The translations under genes and the position numbers were made by a program. This document shows, one piece after another, positions 11,886 through 21,205 of a stretch of 64,000 nucleotides of DNA. How positions within the stretch are numbered: position 1 is the stretch's first letter; each line of letters begins with the position of its first letter. The notes beneath the pieces are model-generated. The model saw nothing but the letters and a program-made list of their open reading frames with translations, was not told the origin of the DNA and ran no database searches. The stretch covers positions 62,001-126,000 of the forward strand of contig NIVC01000870.1 of the NCBI GenBank assembly GCA_002269645.1. Direction: 5' to 3'. Source of the stretch: Macrostomum lignano (taxonomy: Eukaryota).

Positions 11886-14800
11886 ATGCTGTGGATTGCT
11901 GCAGTTGTAGCCATAGGTAAGTCGCTGTATTTTTATAACTACTGATTACATGTAGGTTATTCGATTGCCGCTCCAGTGCAGGTGGGTTTCACTAAAACCT
12001 ATTCTAGTGCTGGATGTACTTTTAACACAGGAGTGCTACGTGTGATTTAAGCATCCCTGTTACTTTAAGTATCCTTTATACATGTACCACTTAGGGTACC
12101 CTGACACACTTCAAGCACACCTAACACACTTCAATCGCACCTGACATACTTAAAGCACACCTGACACACTTCAAGCACACCTCACACACTTAAAGCACAC
12201 CTGACACACTTCAAGCACACCTGACACACTTCAAGCACACCTAACACACTTCAATCGCACCTGACATACTTAAAGCACACCTGACACACTTCAAGCACAC
12301 CTCACACACTTAAAGCACACCTGACACACTTCAAGCACACCTCACACACTTAAAGCACACCTGACACACTTCAAGCACACCTGACACACTTCAAGCACAC
12401 CTGACACACTTCAAGCACACTTGGCACACTTCAGTCGCACCTGACACCCGTCAATCAAAAACCCATACAGCCCTGGCCTCAGTGCCCGGCGCCGCGCCCT
12501 ACAAAAACCCCAACTGCGACGGCAACCGTCACGTGGTTGTGCACCTGTTCGAATGGCGCTGGAACGACATTGCGAACGAGTGCGAACGATTTCTCGGCCC
12601 CTACGGCTACTGCGGAGTGCAGGTGTCTCCCCCTAATGAGCACCGCATAGTGACCAGCCCCTACAGGCCCTGGTGGGAGCGCTACCAGCCTGTCAGCTAC
12701 ATCCTGGTCAGCCGGTCCGGAAATGAGCAGGAGTTCAAAAACATGGTGGAAAAGTGCAACCGCAATGGGGTTCGGTGAGGGCATTGCGATTGAACTTCCA
12801 CATTGGCTTGACTTCTGCCTTTGAAGAAAGGAGAGTAGAGAGAGGAGAGTAGAGAGAGGAGAGTAGAGAGAGGAGAGTAGAGAGAGGAGAGTAGAGAGAT
12901 GATAGTAGAGAGAAGAGAGTAGAGAGAGGGGAGTAGAGAGAGGACAGTAGAGAGAGGAGAGTAGAGAGAGGAGAGTAGAGAGAGGAGAGTAGAGAGAGGA
13001 GAGTAGAGAGAGGGGAGTAGAGAGAGGAGAGTAGAGAGATGATAGTAGAGAGAAGAGAGTAAAAAGAGGAGAGTAGAGAGAGGGGAGTAGAGAGAGGAGA
13101 GTAGCCAGAGGGGAGTAGACAGAGGAGAGGACAGACAGAAGAGTAGAGATATGAGAGTAGAGAAATGAGAGATAAGAGTAGAGAAGACACAGGAGAGTAG
13201 ATGTATAATGTGGATATTAACTCGTCTTAACGAGTCTTACGTCTTACGTATTAACTCGTAACAGGGGAAATCGTTAAACTAATCGGATTGTGAAAATAAA
13301 ACTCAGATTCTGATCAATAAAATCTGCCGATATGTATCGAAAGAGCAATAACTTGACCTCCACAGCATCTACGTGGACGCTGTCATCAACCACATGGCGG
13401 GCGTGGGCGTCAGCGGTCGCGGCACCGCAGGCTCCTATTACGACTCGGGTAGGCAGGACTTCCCCGGAGTGCCCTACAGCGACTGGGACTTCAACGGGCG
13501 CGGCCAGTGCTCCACCGCCAGCTTGAACATCGAGAACTATCACGACCCGGTGCAAGTGCGCAACTGCAGACTTGTGGGCCTGACTGACCTGCAGACTGGC
13601 AAGGACTATGTGCAGCGGAGCATCGCCGGGTACCTCAATAAGCTGGTGAGGACTACTGTAGCATAACGGGTTGGGGAACAGGTGAATGGGGGAACGAATG
13701 ACAGATGATCCATGGAACAGGTGTGAACAGGGGAACAGGTGAACAGGTGAACGGGGGAACAGGTGAACAGGGAAACAGGTGAACAGGTGAACGGGGGAAC
13801 AGGTGAACAAGGAAACAGGTGAACAGGTGAACGGGGGAACAGGTGAACAGGGGAACAGGTGAACAGGTGAACGAGGAACAGGTGAACAGGGGAACAGATG
13901 AACAGGGGAACAGGTGAACAGGGGAACAGGTGAACAGGAAACAGGTGAACAGGGAAACAGGTGAACAGGGGAACAGGTGAACAGGTGAACAGGTGAACAG
14001 GGGAACAGGGGAACATGTGAACAGGTGAACTGGGGAACAGGTGAACAGGTGAACAAGGGAACAACAGGTGAACAGGGGAACAGGTGAACAGGGGAACAGG
14101 TGAACAGGTGAACAGGTGAACAGGGGAACAGGTGAACGGGGGAACAGGTGAACAGGGGAACAACAGGTGAACAGGGGAACAAAATACAGTGATCAGGCTA
14201 GAAGCGGACCAACAGAACCGAAACTCGCCCATAAAAACCCGCAGGTGGACATCGGAGTTGCCGGCTTCCGCATCGACGCGGCCAAGCACATGTGGCCGGA
14301 CCACCTCCGCGGCATTCTCGGCCGGGTGAACAACCTGAACTCGCGCTACTTCGGCACCGGCAAGAGGCCCTTCGTCTATCAGGAGGTCATCGACCTGGGC
14401 GGTGAGCCGATCAAGAACTCCGAGTACACCCCGATCGCCAGGGTCACCGAGTTCAACTATGGAGCCCACCTGAGCAGGGCCTTCAGCAAGCACTACCCGC
14501 TGAAGAACCTGCAGAACTTCGGCGAGCAGTGGGGACTCATCCACAGCAACGATGCCATGGGATTTATCGATAATCACGACAACCAGGTGATGGGCGTTCA
14601 CGTGTGTCTAACAGTTAGCGATTGTGTCTAACAGTTAGCGATTGTGTCTAACAGTTAGCGATTGTGTCTAACAGTTAGCGATTGTGTCTAACAGTTAGCG
14701 ATTGTGTCTAACAGTTAGCGATTGTGTCTAACAGTTAGCGATTGTGTCTAACAGTTTGTGATTGTGTCTAACAGTTTGTGATTGTGTCTAACAGTTTGTG

Positions 14801-16305
14801 ATTGTGTCTAACAGTTAGCGATTGTGTCTAACAGTTAGCGATTGTGTCTAACAGTTAGCGATTGTGTCTAACAGTTAGCGATTGTGTCTAACAGTTAGCG
14901 ATTGTGTCTAACAGTTAGCGATTGTGTCTAACAGTTACCGATTGTGTATAACAGTTACCGATTGTGTATAACAGTTACCGATTGTGTCTAACAGTAAGCG
15001 ATTGTGTCTAACAGTTTGTGATTGTGTCTAACAGTTAGCGATTGTGTCTAACAGTTACCGATTGTGTATAACAGTTACCGATTGTGTATAACAGTTACCG
15101 ATTGTGTCTAACAGTTACCGATTGTGTATAACAGTTACCGATTGTGTCTAACAGTTACCGATTGTGTATAACAGTTACCGATTGTGTATAACAGTTACCG
15201 ATTGTGTCTAACAGTAAGCGATTGTGTCTAACAGTTTGTGATTGTGTCTAACAGTTTGTGATTGTGTCTAACAGTTAGCGATTGTGTCTAACAGTTAGCG
15301 ATTGTGTCTAACAGTTAGCGATTGTGTCTAACAGTTAGCGATTGTGTCTAACAGTTAGCGATTGTGTCTAACAGTAAGCGATTGTGTCTAACAGTTAGCG
15401 ATTGTGTCTAACAGTTAGCGATTGTGTCTAACAGTTAGCGATTGTGTCTAACAGTTAGCGATTGTGTATAACAGTTACCGATTGTGTCTAACAGTAAGCG
15501 ATTGTGTCTAACAGTTTGTGATTGTGTCTAACAGTTTGTGATTGTGTCTAACTATTAGCGATTGTGTCCAACAGTTATCGATTGTGTCTAACAGTAAGCG
15601 ATCTACTGTTGTGTCTAACATTGATTTTCCTTAAGGGATTCAGCATAACAGGTGTTACACAAGTATCTAACAGTGCTATCTAGGATGTCTAACAGCCGCA
15701 AAACCACTCCCAACTCCCCTCAGCGAGGTCACGGAGGCGGCGGCGCCATCCTCACCTTCCGCCAGTCGAAGATGTACAAAGCGGCGACAGCCTTCGCCTT
15801 GGCTCATCCGTACGGCTTCCTGAAGATCATGAGCAGCTACCACTGGGACCAGCGCATCGAGAACGGCAAGGACAAGAACGACTGGATCGGACCGCCTGCC
15901 TACGGAGACGGCACCACCAAGCCTGTGCCGATCAACCCCGACCTCACCTGCGGCGACGGCTGGATCTGCGAGCATCGTTGGCGTCAGATCTACGGCATGG
16001 TGAAGTTCCGGAATGTGGTGTCGGGCACCGGCCTGAACAACTGGTGGGACAACGGCAGCCACCAGATCGCCTTCTCCAGAGGCAACCGCGGCTTCGTGGC
16101 CTTCACTCTGGGCGGCGACCTCAGGACCAGCATTCGGTCCGGCATGGCTGACGGCAGCTACTGCGATGTCATCAGCGGCGCCAAGGTGAACGGCAGGTGC
16201 ACCGGCAAGACTGTCAGCGTTAGCGGCGGCGGCTGGGTGAATGTGCAGGTCGGCCAGAGCGAGGACGACGCCGTGTTGGCCATTCACGCCGAGTCCAAGC
16301 TGTAG
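11886..16305 (+). CDS. AMY: Secreted animal-type alpha-amylase (GH13); exons 11886-11916, 12471-12774, 13366-13645, 14245-14586, 15724-16305
   Basis: Signal peptide [14 protein letters not shown] built across intron 1. [32 protein letters not shown] (nucleophile), YQEVID (acid/base), [19 protein letters not shown]. All junctions GT-AG and in frame. Confidence 0.95.
12100..12450. repeat. 20-bp minisatellite in amylase intron 1
   Basis: Unit gacacacttcaagcacacct. Confidence 0.9.
12830..13200. repeat. 15-bp GA-rich minisatellite in amylase intron 2
   Basis: Unit gagtagagagaggag. Confidence 0.9.
13675..14180. repeat. 8-9-bp repeat in amylase intron 3
   Basis: Alternating aacaggtg / aacagggg units. 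Confidence 0.9.
14600..15620. repeat. 20-bp minisatellite in amylase intron 4
   Basis: Unit gtgtctaacagttagcgatt, ~50 copies. Confidence 0.95.
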
Positions 16306-16309
16306 TGAC

Positions 16310-16690
<381 letters not shown>

Positions 16691-16786
16691 TAAAAGCAAA
16701 AAAATAAATGGTATATATTCCCCATTTATTTTGTTGTCTAGCGGGCAACAGCAAGAGGTGTCTCGTTTATTGACCGAGGCGAAGCC

Positions 16787-17029
16787 TGTTAAAGATGTTA
16801 AGTAATCGTTTATCTTAAAATAGTCAACTTTATATTTATAGTAAGTGAATCCAAGTTTTCCTTCTAGAATTTTCTATAACAGACTTCTTAATTATATCTA
16901 TGGTTTTCGACTCCCTTACCTGTACCACTAAGTTTTGTTTGAGCTACGCCAGTGCTAAATTCCATGTTAACCCTTTCTTTTGCTATCTTTCTCAAAACTC
17001 AATAAACGCCGATTCATTATAACTTAACA
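16787..17029 (+). repeat. Copia 5' LTR (243 bp)
   Basis: Identical by eye to 38774-39016; TG...CA termini; aataaa near 3' end. Confidence 0.95.
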
Positions 17030-17043
17030 AGGCTTTCTTAATA

Positions 17044-17057
17044 GGTTATGGGCCCAG
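17044..17057 (+). promoter_or_regulatory. Copia primer-binding site GGTTATGGGCCCAG (tRNA-iMet half-molecule type)
   Basis: Matches the canonical Drosophila copia-type PBS; lies 14 nt downstream of the LTR CA. Confidence 0.85.
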
Positions 17058-17197
17058 CACGCTTCCACTGCGATCTACTGCAGTGTGAATAATAAAGCTG
17101 CTTCAGTGGCAGTGCGTCAGTCGGCGTGATTGTCAGGCTCTACCGTCTCTTAGAAAGTTCAAGCTCAGCAGTCCAGTTGTGCTGGTGGATCGACACG

Positions 17198-17404
17198 ATG
17201 TCTTTCGATGCCAAACTACTGGTTGAGAAGTTGGATAGTTTCAACTACACTGTCTGGAAGTTCAAGATGAAGAACGTCCTGATGGAGCGAGAACTTTGGG
17301 AAGTTGTTGATGGTACAGAGACACTTGCTGAGGACGCGACCAACGAGGTCAAAGTTCAGTTCAAGCGGCGTGCGAACAAAGCCCTAGCGACTATCGTATT
17401 GGCT
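17198..17404 (+). CDS. gag: Copia gag N-terminus (69 codons), truncated by Polinton insertion
   Basis: MSFDAKLLVEKLDSFNYTVWKFKMKNVLMERELW...KALATIVLA continues in frame into VADSQIHLIEDAETPKEAW at 34988 once the insert and one TSD are removed. Confidence 0.92.
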
Positions 17405-17785
17405 AGTAGTAGGGAAAAAGACGCTTCTAGACCCAGAGCACTTTTTTAATAGCAGTTTTAAGGGTCTAGAGGGGGGACACGAGGGGGTAACTAAAAAACA
17501 CATCTAAACACCCTTAACACATCTAATCACCCTTAATCACCTACAACCCCCATAATCACCAAAAAAGCAATATAACCCTTTCTTATAACACCCCTCGTGT
17601 CCCCCCTCTGGAACCTTATAAACGGCCATTAAAAAAGGTCTGATCTAGAAGCGTCTTTTTCCCTACTACTACTCTACCCAACACATCCAACACTTCCAAC
17701 ACTTCTAACACTTACAATACTTCTAACACTTCAAATTCTCTATAACCCCTCGCACGCGCCGCAGGCGCGAAGGGTCTTTTTCTGT
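17405..17785 (+). repeat. Polinton left TIR (381 bp)
   Basis: Reverse complement of 34601-34981 with ~2 mismatches in the aacacttc repeats. Confidence 0.95.
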
Positions 17786-17793
17786 TATAAAAA

Positions 17794-18108
17794 ATGAACC
17801 GAGTTTACACCTTTTCTGTTAGTGATACTTTTGAGACTGTTGCTAAAAATGCAGAGATAATAAAACAACATATTTTGAATGGAATAATTGATGAAGTTTA
17901 TTTAAAGTATGATGATAAGCACGACCTAAAACTTTATCCATTAGAGTTGGATGGGATGTATGATTTAGAACAAGAGGGTGAGTTAATATTTCAACTTGGA
18001 GATTATTTAAATTCGGATGATTGGGAGGTTCGTTCAGTCGATTCCAACTCAACAAATAGCTCATATGAAACTAGTGATTCTGAGAATGAAATTGAAATTT
18101 TTATGTAA
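17794..18108 (+). CDS. Polinton hypothetical acidic protein (104 aa)
   Basis: ORF with TAAAAAATG start context immediately inside the TIR. Confidence 0.65.
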   Translation: MNRVYTFSVSDTFETVAKNAEIIKQHILNGIIDEVYLKYDDKHDLKLYPLELDGMYDLEQEGELIFQLGDYLNSDDWEVRSVDSNSTNSSYETSDSENEIEIFM

Positions 18109-18111
18109 AAA

Positions 18112-18336
18112 ATGAACTATTACTCTATAACAGAAACGACATTTATTGTGAAAAATATATATAAAAAAATGAAGGTAAATTATTCCTATATCGGAAATGT
18201 GCCGATTAATGAACTTAATGAAAATTTAAGTTTGATATCTGTTGAACAAATGTCAATAATAATATTAGTAACAATAATAGTAATAATATTGTTTTTGTTT
18301 GTTATAAAAAATTTACTACCCTGTTGCCTTAAGTAA
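18112..18336 (+). CDS. Polinton small membrane protein (74 aa, C-terminal TM helix + CC)
   Basis: IIILVTIIVIILFLFVI hydrophobic run; TAAAAAATG start. Confidence 0.6.
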   Translation: MNYYSITETTFIVKNIYKKMKVNYSYIGNVPINELNENLSLISVEQMSIIILVTIIVIILFLFVIKNLLPCCLK

Positions 18337-18346
18337 TTGTTCAAAC

Positions 18347-19925
18347 TTAGTTCGCAGACATTAGCTGGTTCTCATAAAAAGAACCTAATATTTCTTCACC
18401 ATCCTTATCAGCAATTATATAGGTTGTAGGATTGGTATTTAAAACTTTACTGATAGTGAATTTCTCACTTATTTTCCAATATCCTTTTCTTCCCTTTTCA
18501 AACTTATCTTTCCATTTATAGATATAAACAGAATCACCAACTTTAAAATCTTTAGTTTTCTTTTTTTCAAATTCTCCAAAAGTAACTTTAACGTTTTCAG
18601 GATTGTTATAAGCTTGTTGAGGAGTCATCTTTATTGCCGAATGATATGAATTGTTATAATCTTTCACGACGTCTGGTAATATTTTTACCCACTTTTGGTT
18701 TCCATTAAGACTAAACTGAAACCACAATTTCTTACCTAAAGTTCGATTAAATCTTTCAATTAATGCATTTTTGCTTTCTCCATAAATAGAATAAATTTTA
18801 TTAATATACTCCCCATTCGCGTCTTTTTTCCTTTCTTGTCCTTTTTCAAAATGATATAATTTATACATATGAGGATTGTAAAATTCTTTTCCCTCATCAA
18901 CACACAAGCGTTCGCTTTTTTCATCAAGACTTCTAAAAGCATTAGCAACATCCTCTCCCTTTTTGGATTTCAAAGGAACTGCCCACGCGTATCGAGTAAA
19001 ACCATCCAATATGGTTAAGATATATTTATATCCACTATCAATCGGCATCGACATTAAATCAGCATACCAAATTTCATTCTTTTTGAAGTTCATGATTTTT
19101 CTATAAAATTTAGGTTTTCGATATTCTTTATGAAGAATCTTTGCCTTATCAGAACTTAACCCACTGCCACCTAATAGTAAACACTCAACACAATTATTTC
19201 CATGTTGATTGTAATTAATTCCCAAACCAAATTTAACTTTAGATTGCAGAATCTTTTTAACCATCCACCTAGTTAATCTTTGGCCTACTGACAAGCCTTG
19301 CAAGTTATCTAATCCTTGAATCATTTTTTGATCGGCTTCATGTTTTAATCTTAATGCTTCCTCGGGTGAGTTCTTATCAGCATCTCTGTATGCTAAGTCA
19401 TGATAGTATGCTAACCAATCAATACCGTTAATGGGAATTGAATCAGGTTTTGGAGTGTCATCAGGATTTAATCTCAAATCTAGCCTAGTGCCGGGTAGTT
19501 TGCCCTCTATCTTTCGAAAGAGGCTGGAGCACACCTTAAGCGGTTAAATTACCGCCCATCTCCGTCTGCTCTCTGAACCTTCTCCTTATATTTAAATACT
19601 TAGGAGCTTGGCTGCGCATTGCCACCGTGTCTTCAAGCTTGTTACCGTTGGGAAGAGGAGTTACCTCTGTTCCTTCAAAAGATTTCTCAATTGAAGTGGT
19701 ACTTGAAGCTGTATGACGGGTTTCACGCAATTTGAAGATGTCGCCACAAATAGTGACTAGCAAGGACATTGCCTTCCTCACTCAGGCCACGGACTAACCT
19801 GTGAAGTTCATTGATGGAAGGTGCAGTTCCCCAGTATACCTTCCAGTAGTAAAAACGCTTGGTAAGCTTGTTAATCCTTTTTGAACATCTAACAATCCGC
19901 CTTCAAACACTAATTGGTCGTTCAT
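18347..19925 (-). CDS. PLA2 (parvoviral VP1u/PLA2X-like)-retroviral-type integrase fusion; exon 1 19925-19797 (43 aa), exon 2 19495-18347 (382 aa); 425 aa after removal of the group I intron
   Basis: Splicing restores ELHLPSMNFTG-PGTRL...PINGIDWLAYYHDLAY (PLA2 Ca loop and HD dyad). Integrase DDE: IWYADL, LCVDEGKEF, LIERFNRTL. Exon 1 ATG has the element's TAAAAATG context. Confidence 0.88.
19496..19796 (-). ncRNA. Group I self-splicing intron, IC1-like, 301 nt
   Basis: P1 CAGGU/GCCUG with U.G at the 5' splice site; P2.1; P3 CAUCUUC/GGAGAUG; J3/4 AAA; P4 UGCGUG/UGCGCA; P5abc with GAAA tetraloop; P6 GCC/GGU; P6a CUCCU/AGGAG; J6/7 UCA; P7 GAGAGCA/UGCUCC; P8 GGCGGU/ACCGCU; J8/7 UAAGGUG; P9 with GAAA loop; P9.0 AG/CU. 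Confidence 0.9.
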
Positions 19926-20475
19926 TTTTAATAGCCTCAAAAATACATGATAGCACCAATTGTTTTGCAAATTCTTCGATGGTTGGTTGTTTAACTTTTT
20001 TATAGCGATTATCTTCACTAGTTAAGTATCTTTTATTTGTCCAATGTTCCGACTTTATCCTTTGATCTTCATCTTTATAACTAAACGAAGAAGCAGGGAT
20101 GAAATGATCAATATCTATCGATCCAGTATAATCTTTTGAAACATAATATTTTCTTGTGAAATTTAACCAATCAAAAAAGAATTCTTTTGTGCAACCAAGA
20201 TATGAGATATAGTCCTTATCATTAAAATTTTTCAACGCCCAATTTATTCTATTTCTAATTAAAACAATATGTTTGTAATTTTCATCAGTGTGATACTTAT
20301 TTTTTCTATATTCATTCCATTTATCTTTATTCTTTTTTATCCACATAATAGATGAAGTATTATGACAAGATCGACAATCATTTCTAAATTTTTTTGAATC
20401 ATTTCTCCAACAAAAAAATTCTTTAGTCATAGGCTTTTCATCTTTACACTTATTACAAATCTTTGTTTCATCCAT
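19903..20475 (-). CDS. Free-standing HNH endonuclease with N-terminal zinc finger (190 aa)
   Basis: CNKC...CRSC, then LGCTKEFFFDWL and IDIDHFIPASSF...HWTNKRYLTSEDNRYK (D-H..N..N), resembling giant-virus/phage HNH families. Confidence 0.8.
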   Translation of the reverse strand: MDETKICNKCKDEKPMTKEFFCWRNDSKKFRNDCRSCHNTSSIMWIKKNKDKWNEYRKNKYHTDENYKHIVLIRNRINWALKNFNDKDYISYLGCTKEFFFDWLNFTRKYYVSKDYTGSIDIDHFIPASSFSYKDEDQRIKSEHWTNKRYLTSEDNRYKKVKQPTIEEFAKQLVLSCIFEAIKNERPISV

Positions 20476-20502
20476 TTTATAAAAAACAAATTTAATAATT
20501 AA

Positions 20503-21171
20503 TTAAACTCCCGTATGTCCAGCAGCTTTCGCAGCAGCTAAAACAAGTTTTCGCGGAGTTTTAAATCCTTCTCCAACAGCCGGTTTGTTATTTATAGAAC
20601 CAACAATTCTTTTATACAACCCAGTATTTTTAACACCTCTTGTTCCTAACTCATCATAAAAAATTTTAGCACTTACTAATTCATCTCTAGTATATAATTC
20701 CGGGTCAAATTTTACATTCGGGTTCATAACAATATTAAATGCTCCACCCAATTCTCTATATAGATCATCCTGATTTTTATCAACTCCACCAATTCGATAA
20801 TTACCATTATCTAAATCTGTCACAGCAATACTAGGTGGTGTTCTCGGAAATTCAACAACTTCACCCCGTTCTGCATCCCTAATCTCATCAACTCTCCTTA
20901 CCGCTTGAGCAGCCTCATAAGTAGGCGGCTCATCTAAAATTTCATCCTCTTTTGGTTCGGTATTCTTAGCAATTTTTTCCAGAAGCTCTTTATCTGTTTT
21001 TTCTAGTTCACTAATTTTCCCCGTAATAGGATTAACAAAAGGAGCAGCAAATCTTTCACCCGCTAATTGTATTCCTAACTTTCTTTTTTGTAAATTTCTA
21101 ACAAAATCAGAATATCTTTGCTTCTCTTTATAAATCGCTAACTCTCCATCAACGTCCATAAATTGACTCAT
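20503..21171 (-). CDS. Polinton conserved-type hypothetical protein (222 aa)
   Basis: Intact ORF with TAAAAAATG start; N-terminal coiled coil; family not assignable by eye. Confidence 0.7.
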   Translation of the reverse strand: MSQFMDVDGELAIYKEKQRYSDFVRNLQKRKLGIQLAGERFAAPFVNPITGKISELEKTDKELLEKIAKNTEPKEDEILDEPPTYEAAQAVRRVDEIRDAERGEVVEFPRTPPSIAVTDLDNGNYRIGGVDKNQDDLYRELGGAFNIVMNPNVKFDPELYTRDELVSAKIFYDELGTRGVKNTGLYKRIVGSINNKPAVGEGFKTPRKLVLAAAKAAGHTGV

Positions 21172-21205
21172 TTTTTAACATAAAAAACTTTTTTAACTTA
21201 AAAAA

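Noticed and set aside
14600-15620. CRISPR-like appearance of regular repeat arrays
   Set aside because: Head-to-tail units with no unique spacers, no cas genes, eukaryotic context.
18347-19534. ORF-track start (GTG, MCSSLF...) for the integrase
   Set aside because: The first 13 codons are intron P7/P9 sequence; the real N-terminus is exon 1 at 19925.
19536-19781. 81-aa ORF inside the intron as an intron-encoded homing endonuclease
   Set aside because: GTG start, no LAGLIDADG/GIY-YIG/HNH/His-Cys motif; it overlaps the ribozyme core.
19508-19798. Spliceosomal reading of the insert (CAG|GTTAGT donor, ATAG| acceptor)
   Set aside because: In frame, but inserts extra residues into the GPG loop (TEGKLPGT) and has no polypyrimidine tract. 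It cannot explain the full P1-P9 pairing. Not excluded as a secondary route.
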